NCBI GenBank assembly: GCA_028280285.1
Contig: JANQMA010000026.1
Location: 64,822 to 128,821 of the forward strand
DNA: 64,000 nucleotides
Direction: 5' to 3'
From: Candidatus Omnitrophota bacterium
GTDB lineage: Bacteria; Omnitrophota; Gorgyraeia; Zapsychrales; Zapsychraceae
The notes under the pieces are model-generated. The model was not told where the DNA came from and ran no database searches. It saw only the letters and a list, made by a program, of their open reading frames with translations. Of the stretch, positions 30,104-38,824 are shown piece by piece; within the stretch, counting starts at the first letter, position 1, and each line of letters begins with the position of its first letter. The position numbers and the translations under genes were made by a program.

Positions 30104-31606
30104 ATGAATAACACATTCTATCTAACAACCCCAATTTACTACGTCAATGACAAGCCGCATATCGGGCATGCCTATACGACGATTCTCGCTGACGTTCTGA
30201 CGCGTTACCATAAACTGCGCGGACAGGATGTCTTTTTTTTAACCGGTCTTGATGAGCACGGCCAAAAGGTCCAGCAGGCCGCCGCAAAACGCGGCATGGA
30301 ACCTCAAGATCACTGCGACGACTTGGCACCTAACTTCACACAGCTGTGGGATAAACTCGAAATCAAATACGACGATTTTATCCGTACGACCGAGGAGCGT
30401 CACAAAAAAGTTGTCCGTGAGGCCTTACAAAAAGTGCATGACGCAGGTGATATTTATGTTGATGAGTATGAAGGCTGGTATTCGGTCAGTGAAGAACGGT
30501 TTATTACGGAAACGGAAAAGGATTCCGGCGAATTTCGTGATGTTAAAAAGCTTAAAGAAAAAAATTATTTCTTTAAGATGAGTAAATATCAGGATCGTTT
30601 GATTAAACATATTGAAGATAACCCTGCGTTTATCCAACCTGAGCATCGCAAAAATGAAATCCTTGGATTTCTCCGTCAGCCCTTAAACGATTTATGTATT
30701 TCCCGCCCCAAGGAGCGTTTGAACTGGGGGATTGAATTACCCTTTGACAGTGATTATGTGACGTATGTCTGGTTTGACGCGCTGCTTAATTACACCTCGG
30801 CGCCGGGTTATTTGTCGGATGAGGATAAGTTTAGTAAATGGTGGCCGGCGAGTGTCCATTTAATCGGTAAGGATATTTTAACGACGCATTGTGTGTATTG
30901 GCCGACAATGCTATTTTCCCTCGGGGTTGAGTTGCCTAAAACTGTGTTTGCCCACGGCTGGTGGCTTATGGGGGAATCGAAGATGAGTAAGTCGTTAGGG
31001 AATGTTGTCAGCCCGCTTGATTTGATCGAGGAGTATGGGGTTGATCCGGTCCGTTATTATTTGATGCGTGAGATGGTCCTTGGACAAGATGCGAACTTCA
31101 CAATGGAGTCGTTTATTAAACGGTTTAACAGCGACCTGGCCAATGACTTTGGTAACTTGCTTAATCGTTTAAGCGGACTTATCGGTAAATATTTCGACGG
31201 TGTTGTCCCTGATCCGGGAGAACTGACTGAGGCCGAACAAGATCTTCAAGCGCGTGCCACAGGTCTTGATGAAAAGATTGTCGAACTCATTGATAATTTT
31301 CACGTTAATGAAGCGATTGAAGAAACATTGCAGGTTGTCCGTTTTATCAATAAATATATGGAAGCCCAGGCGCCGTGGAAGGTGGCAAAGGAAGATGTGA
31401 AGGCCGCCGGACGTATTCTCTACGCAGCAGCCGAGACCTTGCGTATCTGTGCGGTGCATTTGGCGCCGGTTATGCCGGATAAGTGTAGTCAGGTGTTACA
31501 CGTTATGGGGTGTGAGAATTTACATTCTGCATGGGGCGGCCTTCTGCCGGGAGTTAAATTAAAGGAACATGAAGCATTGTTTCCGAGGTTGGAGATAAAT
31601 GAGTAA
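30104..31606 (+). CDS. metG: methionyl-tRNA synthetase (short form, no C-terminal tRNA-binding domain)
   Basis: Both class I signatures are present: HIGH (PHIGHAYT) and KMSKS (KMSKSLGN). At 500 aa it ends after the anticodon-binding domain. Confidence 0.9.
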   Translation: MNNTFYLTTPIYYVNDKPHIGHAYTTILADVLTRYHKLRGQDVFFLTGLDEHGQKVQQAAAKRGMEPQDHCDDLAPNFTQLWDKLEIKYDDFIRTTEERHKKVVREALQKVHDAGDIYVDEYEGWYSVSEERFITETEKDSGEFRDVKKLKEKNYFFKMSKYQDRLIKHIEDNPAFIQPEHRKNEILGFLRQPLNDLCISRPKERLNWGIELPFDSDYVTYVWFDALLNYTSAPGYLSDEDKFSKWWPASVHLIGKDILTTHCVYWPTMLFSLGVELPKTVFAHGWWLMGESKMSKSLGNVVSPLDLIEEYGVDPVRYYLMREMVLGQDANFTMESFIKRFNSDLANDFGNLLNRLSGLIGKYFDGVVPDPGELTEAEQDLQARATGLDEKIVELIDNFHVNEAIEETLQVVRFINKYMEAQAPWKVAKEDVKAAGRILYAAAETLRICAVHLAPVMPDKCSQVLHVMGCENLHSAWGGLLPGVKLKEHEALFPRLEINE

Positions 31607-31697
31607 TTAGCGTTTAGCGTATAGCGTTTAGGGAGTGGTTAGTTATTAGTCACTAATCACTTTCTATTCGCTATCCGCTATGCGCTGTACGCTAAAA
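31607..31697. repeat. palindrome of the tagcg-unit family (tagcgtttagcgtatagcgtttaggga ... tcgctatccgctatgcgctgtacgctaaa)
   Basis: It lies in the metG/mtnA intergenic region. Confidence 0.75.
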
Positions 31698-31699
31698 TT

Positions 31700-32740
31700 A
31701 TGCCAATACAAACAATAAAATGGGTAAACGGTTCCGTTCGCCTCATTGATCAAACAAAACTGCCGAACCGCTTAACCTATTTGACATGCCGTGATGTTAA
31801 ATCACTGTGGCATGCGATCAAACGTTTAAGTGTGCGCGGTGCGCCGGCGATCGGTGCGGCGGCGGCCTTTGGCGTTCTTTTAGGTATTAAATCTTTCCGC
31901 GGCAGTACGCGCGCGGCATTTGATAAACATATTAAAAAGGTATCTGATTATATTGCAACCTCGCGTCCGACGGCAGTGAATCTCTTTAATGCGCTCGCAC
32001 AGATGGAGGCTGTTTTAAAAAATAATCCCAAGGCAGATCTGAAAAAGATCAAAGCGCTTTTGCATAAAGAGGCCATGACAATTTTTAAAGAAGATCAACG
32101 TGTGTGCCGCAAAATGGGAGAGTATGGTGCTAAGTTGATTAAAAAAGGCGTGAATGCATTGACTATTTGTAATGCCGGAGCGCTTGCGACCGTTGACTAT
32201 GGAACGGCCCTCGGTGTTTTTTATGCGGCGAAAAAGGCTAGAAAGAAATTTCATGTCTATGCGTGTGAGACGCGTCCGCTTCTGCAGGGCGCGCGCTTAA
32301 CCGCCTGGGAGCTGATGCAATCAAAGATCGATACAACGCTTATTTGTGACAGCATGGCGGCGACACTGATGAAGCAGGGCAAGGTCGATATTATTTTCAC
32401 TGGCGCCGACCGTGTGGCCTCTAATGGGGACGCCGCGAACAAAATCGGCACATATAATCTTGCCGTACTTGCCAAGCATCACGGCGTGCCGTTTTATATC
32501 GTTGCGCCTTATTCGACATTTGATTTAACAATTAAAAACGGCAAGCAAATTCCGATCGAAGAACGCGGCCGTGATGAGGTGATTAATTTTCGCTCGGTCC
32601 AGACGGCGCCTAAAAAAGTAAAAGTTTATAATCCGGCCTTTGATGTGACGGAAAACAGTTTGATTACGGGCATCATCACCGAATACGGCATTATCAAAAA
32701 TCCAACCCGCAAAAAAGTCAAAAAAGTTTTAGGGAAGTGA
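31700..32740 (+). CDS. mtnA: S-methyl-5-thioribose-1-phosphate isomerase (eIF-2B alpha/beta/delta family)
   Basis: 346 aa in the MtnA/eIF2B-like family (VRGAPAIG, TICNAGALAT, GADRVASNGD). Confidence 0.7.
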   Translation: MPIQTIKWVNGSVRLIDQTKLPNRLTYLTCRDVKSLWHAIKRLSVRGAPAIGAAAAFGVLLGIKSFRGSTRAAFDKHIKKVSDYIATSRPTAVNLFNALAQMEAVLKNNPKADLKKIKALLHKEAMTIFKEDQRVCRKMGEYGAKLIKKGVNALTICNAGALATVDYGTALGVFYAAKKARKKFHVYACETRPLLQGARLTAWELMQSKIDTTLICDSMAATLMKQGKVDIIFTGADRVASNGDAANKIGTYNLAVLAKHHGVPFYIVAPYSTFDLTIKNGKQIPIEERGRDEVINFRSVQTAPKKVKVYNPAFDVTENSLITGIITEYGIIKNPTRKKVKKVLGK

Positions 32741-33642
32741 AGACCTCATTATCAAAGCTAGGCGAATTCGGCCTGATTGATTTTATCAAAAAACGCATCG
32801 ATAAAAATGCGTCCGTGATCGAGGGTATCGGTGATGATACGGCGATTGTTTCTTACCCGGCGAATAAGAAATTGCTTCTGACAACCGATATGCTCATTGA
32901 AGATGTGCATTTTACCAAAGACATCCCGGCGCGTGTGATCGGCCATAAGGCACTAGCTTGCAGCATCAGTGATATTGCCGCGATGGGTGGTGTGCCGCGT
33001 CATGCGCTGGTATCGCTGGGTGTTTCAGGACGGACTAAAACGCAGTATGTTAAAGAGATTTACAGCGGCATCAACCGTCTGGCGCGCAAGCATAAAGTGG
33101 CGATTGTCGGGGGGGACACAGTCAAAAGCGATAAGCTTATTATTAATATTGCGCTCACCGGGGAGGCGGAGTTAAAACATGTGATTAAACGCAGCGGCGC
33201 GCGTGTGGGCGATCAGATATTTGTGACCGGTCGACTGGGTGGATCACTTGAGACAGGGCGGCATTTAACGTTTCAACCACGCCTTAAAGAATCAAAATAT
33301 TTGGTTAAGTATTTTAAACCGACGGCCATGATTGATATCTCCGACGGCCTGGCGCCGGACTTAAAGCATATCCTTGAAGCATCTGACGTCGGTGCGCATT
33401 TAATTGAAGAGAATATCCCGGTTCATGCGGATGTTTCGGTGGTGAATGCCATGTATGACGGTGAGGATTTTGAGCTGTTATTCACTTTACCCAAGGCGCA
33501 GGCTAAACAATTAATGAAAAGAAAATTGACAATGAAGTTTTACCCTATTGGCGAAATTGTTGATAAAAAAGATAAGTTTTGTGTCATTGACCGTGAGGGG
33601 CGTAAAAAAGATTTAACCCGCAAAGGCTTTCAGCATTTCTAA
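32737..33642 (+). CDS. thiL: thiamine-monophosphate kinase
   Basis: GTG start. It has the AIRS/PurM-like fold and the ThiL motifs GEFGLID, GDDTAIV and TTDMLIEDVHF. Confidence 0.75.
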   Translation: MKTSLSKLGEFGLIDFIKKRIDKNASVIEGIGDDTAIVSYPANKKLLLTTDMLIEDVHFTKDIPARVIGHKALACSISDIAAMGGVPRHALVSLGVSGRTKTQYVKEIYSGINRLARKHKVAIVGGDTVKSDKLIINIALTGEAELKHVIKRSGARVGDQIFVTGRLGGSLETGRHLTFQPRLKESKYLVKYFKPTAMIDISDGLAPDLKHILEASDVGAHLIEENIPVHADVSVVNAMYDGEDFELLFTLPKAQAKQLMKRKLTMKFYPIGEIVDKKDKFCVIDREGRKKDLTRKGFQHF

Positions 33643-34106
33643 TGATTACTGTTAAAACCGAAAACGAAAAAGAGACGAAAGCATTGGCTGCGAGGCTTGC
33701 CAAATTGCTTAAGCCCGGGGATATTGTCTTTCTTAACGGTGATCTGGGAACGGGGAAAACAACCTTTGTTAAGGGGGCGGCTAAGCATTTTAAAGTCGAT
33801 GAAACTAAAGTGGTGAGCCCGACTTATGTGCTGCTTAATATCTATGACGGGAAGTATGAGATCTATCACTTTGATCTTTATCGTCTAGATAACATGAATC
33901 AGATTAATACGATCGGTTATGAAGAGTTTTTTTATGGCGAGGGCATTTCTTTTGTCGAGTGGCCTGAAAGATTGGGTGATGCTGCGCCGAGTGAGTATTT
34001 GAAGGTGACGATCGCTCATCGTACGGAAGGTAAACGGACGATTAAGATAATGGCCCGTGGGACCCGTTATAAGAACCTATTAGAAAAAATCAAAGAATTA
34101 AAATAG
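33642..34106 (+). CDS. tsaE: tRNA threonylcarbamoyladenosine biosynthesis protein TsaE
   Basis: It has a P-loop (LNGDLGTGKTTF) and the YDGKYEIYHFDLYRL and YGEGISFVEWPE motifs. Confidence 0.85.
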   Translation: MITVKTENEKETKALAARLAKLLKPGDIVFLNGDLGTGKTTFVKGAAKHFKVDETKVVSPTYVLLNIYDGKYEIYHFDLYRLDNMNQINTIGYEEFFYGEGISFVEWPERLGDAAPSEYLKVTIAHRTEGKRTIKIMARGTRYKNLLEKIKELK

Positions 34107-34197
34107 CGCTTAGCGTATAGCGTTTAGCGAATAGGAAGTTTTCAGTGTTGACAACTGCAGGCTTTCTAAACGCTAACCGCTATACCCTATACGCTAA
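34107..34197. repeat. palindrome of the tagcg-unit family (gcttagcgtatagcgtttagcgaatagga ... ctaaacgctaaccgctataccctatacgctaaa)
   Basis: It lies in the tsaE/tsaB intergenic region. Confidence 0.75.
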
Positions 34198-34204
34198 ATT
34201 CATT

Positions 34205-34873
34205 ATGAATCTATTACTAATCGACACTTCGACTAAAAACTTAAGTATTACCGTTGCCAAGGATGATAAGGTGTTATCTTTTTCCAACGCGAAGATGACA
34301 AAGACGCTTAATACCGCGATTATTCCGGCGATCGATAAACAACTTAAGAAGAATAAGCTTAAGATGGATGATATTGATTGTATTGTGATCGGTCAAGGAC
34401 CGGGGGCGTTTACATCGCTGCGTGTCGGTATGGCAACAGTCAAGGGCTTGGCCTTTTCCCGCGGCTTGCCGCTTATCGGCGTGTCGAGCCTGGATGCTGT
34501 TGCGATGAATGTGAAGGGCGATGTTACAGGGTTATGTGTGGTGAGTGACGCCAAGCGCAAACTTGTGTATGCGGCGACCTACGATAAGATAGATGGGACG
34601 CTTATAAAGCAAATGGACTACACATTGTGTTCCATCGACGATTTGCTTAAAGCAGTGCCTGATGATGCGACATTTATCGGTGACGGGGTTCCCTTATATA
34701 GAGAAGCGATTGAGAAGAAGCACATGGTGATTGAGGACGAAGAGTTGTATAAGCCGCAGGCGAAGAATTTTCTGGGGCTCATTCAAGATCGGTTAAAGGC
34801 AAAGGAGTATGATGATATCGATACCCTTGAGCCGCTGTACTTGTATCCTGAGGATTGTCAGGTTAGGCAATAA
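34205..34873 (+). CDS. tsaB: tRNA threonylcarbamoyladenosine biosynthesis protein TsaB (YeaZ)
   Basis: It has a Kae1/YgjD-like inactive-protease fold (LLIDTST, GQGPGAFTSLRVG). The start was moved to the ATG after the upstream palindrome. Confidence 0.8.
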   Translation: MNLLLIDTSTKNLSITVAKDDKVLSFSNAKMTKTLNTAIIPAIDKQLKKNKLKMDDIDCIVIGQGPGAFTSLRVGMATVKGLAFSRGLPLIGVSSLDAVAMNVKGDVTGLCVVSDAKRKLVYAATYDKIDGTLIKQMDYTLCSIDDLLKAVPDDATFIGDGVPLYREAIEKKHMVIEDEELYKPQAKNFLGLIQDRLKAKEYDDIDTLEPLYLYPEDCQVRQ

Positions 34874-34884
34874 TGTAATAATTT

Positions 34885-34982
34885 AATTAAGCGTATAGGG
34901 TATAGCGTTTAGCGAATAGGTAGTAATTAGTGTTTTAGTCTGATAACTACCTAAACGCTATGCGCCGTACGCTAAACGCTAA
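34885..34982. repeat. palindrome of the tagcg-unit family (aagcgtatagggtatagcgtttagcgaataggtagt ... actacctaaacgctatgcgccgtacgctaaacgct)
   Basis: It lies in the tsaB/alr intergenic region. Confidence 0.75.
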
Positions 34983-34987
34983 ATATT

Positions 34988-36151
34988 ATGGTTAATAAAT
35001 CTTCACAACACACCTATATCGAAATTGATAAGAAGGCTATTCAATATAACTTGAAGCAGCTTAAAAAATTGATTATCAAAAATTATCAATTCTCTTTGCC
35101 AACCCGCCCAAAGCCGAAAAATCCTCCTGAGTTACTCACGATCATCAAAGCCAATGCGTATGGGCACGGGATGTGCGCGGTGGTCGATGTCTTAAGAAAA
35201 GAGGGGATCAATTTTTTTGGGGTCTCGGATATTGCCGAAGGAGTGGTTTTGCGCAAACACAAAATCAAAGATCCGATTTTGATCCTGGAAAGTGTTTTAC
35301 CGAATCAAGTCGATGATATTATCAAATATAATTTTACGCCGATGATCTGTGCGTATGATGTGGCCGTTAAGCTCAATAAGGCCGCCAAGGCGAAAAACAA
35401 ACGCGTTGATATTCACATTAAAGTTGATACCGGGATGGGACGTCTCGGGGTATGGCACAATGACGCGATCGATTTTATTGCGCGGGTAAATAAGCTGGGA
35501 AATCTGCGCATCATGGGGCTTATGACGCATTTCCCGGCGGCGGACACCGATAAGGTATTCACCCAAAAGCAGCTTGATATTTTATATGAGATAGTAACCA
35601 CTTTAGATCAAAGCGGGCTGATTATTCCCTATATTCACGCGGCCAACAGCATGGGGCTGGCCGGGTATAAAACTCATATTTTGAATTTGGCGCGTCCCGG
35701 CATTATGCTTTACGGGCTTTATCCGCATCCGAGTCTTAAGACAAAGGTGAATCTCAAACCGGTGATGGGGGTTAAATCAAAAGTGATCTTTTTTAAAAGT
35801 ATTGAGCAGGGCCAGAGCATAAGCTATGGCCGGACATTTTTTACCAAAAAACCGATGTGTATTGCCACCATTCCGATTGGGTATAATGACGGGTATTTTC
35901 GCAGTCTGTCCAATAAGGCCGAGGTGCTGATTGAAGGCAAACGCTGCCCGGTTTTGGGCGTAGTGACCATGGATCAGATTATTGTGGATGCGACGCATAT
36001 CGATAAATTGCGCTTGGGAACACCGGTCACTATAATAGGGAAGCAAGGCCCTGAAGAAATCACGGCCGATGAACTTGCGCTTGCCGCCGGGACGATTAAT
36101 TATGAGGTGGTGTGTTCACTTGGAAATAGACTTGAGCATGTTTATAAATGA
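34988..36151 (+). CDS. alr: alanine racemase
   Basis: The PLP-binding region (IIKANAYGHG) and the C-terminal beta domain are present. There is a short insert near the N-terminus. Confidence 0.85.
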   Translation: MVNKSSQHTYIEIDKKAIQYNLKQLKKLIIKNYQFSLPTRPKPKNPPELLTIIKANAYGHGMCAVVDVLRKEGINFFGVSDIAEGVVLRKHKIKDPILILESVLPNQVDDIIKYNFTPMICAYDVAVKLNKAAKAKNKRVDIHIKVDTGMGRLGVWHNDAIDFIARVNKLGNLRIMGLMTHFPAADTDKVFTQKQLDILYEIVTTLDQSGLIIPYIHAANSMGLAGYKTHILNLARPGIMLYGLYPHPSLKTKVNLKPVMGVKSKVIFFKSIEQGQSISYGRTFFTKKPMCIATIPIGYNDGYFRSLSNKAEVLIEGKRCPVLGVVTMDQIIVDATHIDKLRLGTPVTIIGKQGPEEITADELALAAGTINYEVVCSLGNRLEHVYK

Positions 36152-36157
36152 AATTGG

Positions 36158-36240
36158 TGATCTGTGATCTGTGTTCTGTGATCTGGAAAATAATATCATA
36201 GATTTATTCGGACCACAGACCACTGAACACGGACCACAAT
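36158..36240. repeat. imperfect palindrome (gtgatctgtgatctgtgttctgtgatctgg ... ccacagaccactgaacacggaccacaat)
   Basis: It lies in the alr/chrA intergenic region. Pairing is better with G-U wobble, so it may be an RNA-level structure. Confidence 0.6.
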
Positions 36241-36252
36241 AGGAGCTTTTTA

Positions 36253-37326
36253 ATGAGCAAGTTACTCGAACTCTCAGTCATTTTTCTTAAACTTGGGACA
36301 GTTGCCTTCGGTGGTCCGGTGGCGCATATCGCGATGATGGAAGAGGAGTTTGTCGAAAAACGCAAGTGGCTCACCCGTGATCATTTCCTGGATCTGATTG
36401 GCGCAACCAATTTGATCCCGGGGCCAAACTCGACGGAGATGGCCATGCATTTGGGCTTTGTGCGTGCACGGTTTGCCGGGCTTGTTGTCGCCGGCGTTTC
36501 TTTTATCCTGCCGGCGGTGTGTTTAACAGGGGCGCTTGCGTATCTTTATATTCACTACGGCTATTTGCCGAAGTTTGAAGCGGTCTTTTTAGGGATTCGT
36601 GCGGCGATCCTTGCGCTTATTTTAAGCGCGATCCTCAAACTTGGCAAAAAGGCGGTTAAGAATCGCACACTCGGTGTGATCGGTATTATCGCGCTTGCGC
36701 TTGTATTATACGGAGTGAATGAAGTCGCGGCACTCTTTATTGCCGGGCTACTGGGGACGGTGTGGACCTATTCGAGCGATACGTTTTTTAAACGCGGCTC
36801 GCCTAAGGTGGCACTTGTGCCGCTCTTTTTAGTGTTCCTTAAAATCGGCGCGATTCTTTTTGGCAGCGGGTATGTCTTGATTGCGTATCTACAAGGGGAG
36901 TTGGTCGAGGGCTTGCATTGGTTGAATGAGGCAGCTCTTCTTGATGCTGTGGCGATCGGTCAGATGACACCGGGGCCGGTGCTCTCCACCTCAACGTTTA
37001 TCGGGTATTATTTAAGCGGAGTGGAAGGGGCGATTGTGGCAACGGTAGGGATGTTTCTGCCGGCCTTTTTCTTTGTGGCTGTCACATCACCCTTTATCAG
37101 CAAAATCCGCCGTGTCCCAATCCTTGGGTGTTTTCTTGATTCGGTTAATGTTGCCGCTGTTGGCCTCATGAGCGCGGTCTTGATCCATCTTGTTCAAACC
37201 TCCATCGTCGACGCCAAATCTGCCACCATCTGCGTCCTGGCGGTTGTGTATGTGTATTTTGTGAAGAAAGTTAATGTGTTTTTGTTGGTAGGGGTGAGTG
37301 CTGTGGCAGGGTTTGTATTGTTTTAA
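36253..37326 (+). CDS. chrA: chromate transporter ChrA family (two fused CHR domains)
   Basis: 357 aa, polytopic, with the ChrA motifs (GGPVAHIAMM and LPGPNST) repeated in both halves. Its 3' end is duplicated downstream of a palindromic insertion. Confidence 0.8.
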   Translation: MSKLLELSVIFLKLGTVAFGGPVAHIAMMEEEFVEKRKWLTRDHFLDLIGATNLIPGPNSTEMAMHLGFVRARFAGLVVAGVSFILPAVCLTGALAYLYIHYGYLPKFEAVFLGIRAAILALILSAILKLGKKAVKNRTLGVIGIIALALVLYGVNEVAALFIAGLLGTVWTYSSDTFFKRGSPKVALVPLFLVFLKIGAILFGSGYVLIAYLQGELVEGLHWLNEAALLDAVAIGQMTPGPVLSTSTFIGYYLSGVEGAIVATVGMFLPAFFFVAVTSPFISKIRRVPILGCFLDSVNVAAVGLMSAVLIHLVQTSIVDAKSATICVLAVVYVYFVKKVNVFLLVGVSAVAGFVLF

Positions 37327-37410
37327 ATTTAGCGTCTAGCGGATAGCGGTTAGCGTTTAGGAAGTAATCAGTAACTAGTCGCTATACGCTGTACGCTAAA
37401 CGCTAGTAAG
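37327..37410. mobile_element. tagcg-family palindrome inserted at the chrA 3' end, flanked by a ~57-bp duplication of the gene end (MITE-like)
   Basis: The element (tagcgtctagcggatagcggttagcgtttagga ... gctatacgctgtacgctaaacgcta) separates two copies of gt(t/g)aatgtgtttttgttggtaggggtgagtgct...ttttaa, at 37270-37326 and 37411-37467. Confidence 0.6.
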
Positions 37411-37523
37411 GTGAATGTGTTTTTGTTGGTAGGGGTGAGTGCTTTAGCGGGATTTTTATTATTTTAATTTGGAGAAAAGTATGTTTAGAAGAATCCCGGG
37501 GACACGTACGTAATTAATGAAAG

Positions 37524-37572
37524 GCCTATTCAACTGACGCAGTTGAATGGGTAACGCAGTTGAATGGGTAGG
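37524..37572. repeat. hairpin of the cctattcaactg family, with the right arm tandemly duplicated
   Basis: The sequence is cctattcaactgacgcagttgaatgggtaacgcagttgaatgggtagg. Confidence 0.65.
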
Positions 37573-37586
37573 CATCTAAGAGTAGA

Positions 37587-37620
37587 ATAAAAAAGGGCCA
37601 GGATTGCTCCTGGCCCGACT
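37587..37620 (-). terminator. terminator-like hairpin oriented for the minus strand (A tract on + strand = U tract on - strand)
   Basis: On the plus strand it reads ataaaaaa gggccagg attgctc ctggccc. No annotated minus-strand gene lies upstream of it. Confidence 0.35.
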
Positions 37621-37708
37621 CGTAACTCAAACTTTCTTTTCGCAAGTTACTTTAAATATAAAGGATAATGCAGGATTTTTCAATAACAATCACTAACCGA
37701 GGTTAATC

Positions 37709-38764
37709 ATGAAACATAAATTAACAGCAAAGTATTTTTCGCAGGAGGATTTGCTTAAGTCCGGTTGCCTGGATTTAAAGATGGCGATTAAGGCGGCGGA
37801 AGAGGCCCTGCTTGAGCACAGTGACGGGGAGGTGCTTTTTCCGGATAAAATTGTTCAGATATTTAATCATGACACGCAGGAAAGAATCAATTGTCTGCCG
37901 GCCACATTCTTTAAAGAGAAAATTTGCGGCATGAAATGGGTGTCTGTCTTTCCGCCTAATCCGGCGCGCCATGGCCTGCAAAACCTTTCGGCGGTTATGA
38001 TTTTATCGGAAATTGAAAAAGGGTTTCCGCTGTGTTTTATGGAGGGGACATTATGTTCTAATGTCCGTGTCGGCGCGATGGGGGCGCTGGCGGCCAAACA
38101 TTTGGCCAAAAAGGATCCTAAATCGATCGGCTTTATCGGCAGCGGCGAGCAGGCTAAGATGCATTTGATTGCCATGAAAACAATTTTTTCAACGATTGAG
38201 GAGTGCCGGGTCGCGGCTAAGGAAGATGTGGAAGAAGAGGCATTCATCTATGAAATGAAGGCGATTTTTCCTGATATCACATTTCAAGCCGCGCAAACAG
38301 AATTAGAGCGATCGGTCGATGGGGCGGACATTGTTGTCACCGCCACCAGTGTGCAGGCGCCGCTCCTTAAAGCCGATTGGGTTAAGCCGGGCGCCTTTTA
38401 CAGCCATATCGGCGGATGGGAAGATGAGTATGCCGTTGCCAAACAATCCGATAAAATTGTCTGTGACGACTGGGAAACCGTTAAGCACCGCACACAAACA
38501 TTGAGCCGTATGTATAAGGACGGTGAGCTCAAAGATGATGATATCTATTGTAATTTGATCGATATTGTGCGCGGTGAGAAAAAAGGGCGCGAGTCGGAGG
38601 ATGAGAGGGTTTATTTTAATGCGGTAGGGCTCGCGTATGTGGATGTGGCGATCGCAATCGCAATGTACAACCGTGCTTTAGAGTCCGGGGTTGGACAAGA
38701 TCTAACCATTCAGGACTGCATGATTTTTCAACACGAAGAAATCAAAGACTGGATTCGTTTGTGA
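37709..38764 (+). CDS. ornithine cyclodeaminase / mu-crystallin family protein
   Basis: 351 aa with a Rossmann motif (IGFIGSGEQA) and the OCD/mu-crystallin architecture. Confidence 0.75.
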   Translation: MKHKLTAKYFSQEDLLKSGCLDLKMAIKAAEEALLEHSDGEVLFPDKIVQIFNHDTQERINCLPATFFKEKICGMKWVSVFPPNPARHGLQNLSAVMILSEIEKGFPLCFMEGTLCSNVRVGAMGALAAKHLAKKDPKSIGFIGSGEQAKMHLIAMKTIFSTIEECRVAAKEDVEEEAFIYEMKAIFPDITFQAAQTELERSVDGADIVVTATSVQAPLLKADWVKPGAFYSHIGGWEDEYAVAKQSDKIVCDDWETVKHRTQTLSRMYKDGELKDDDIYCNLIDIVRGEKKGRESEDERVYFNAVGLAYVDVAIAIAMYNRALESGVGQDLTIQDCMIFQHEEIKDWIRL

Positions 38765-38771
38765 ACACAAA

Positions 38772-38798
38772 GCCTATTCAACTGCGGCAGTTGAATAG
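38772..38798. repeat. perfect hairpin of the cctattcaactg family, immediately after the OCD stop
   Basis: The hairpin is cctattcaactg cg gcagttgaatagg. Confidence 0.7.
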
Positions 38799-38824
38799 GT
38801 AGTATTTATATTGAGGAGAAAATT

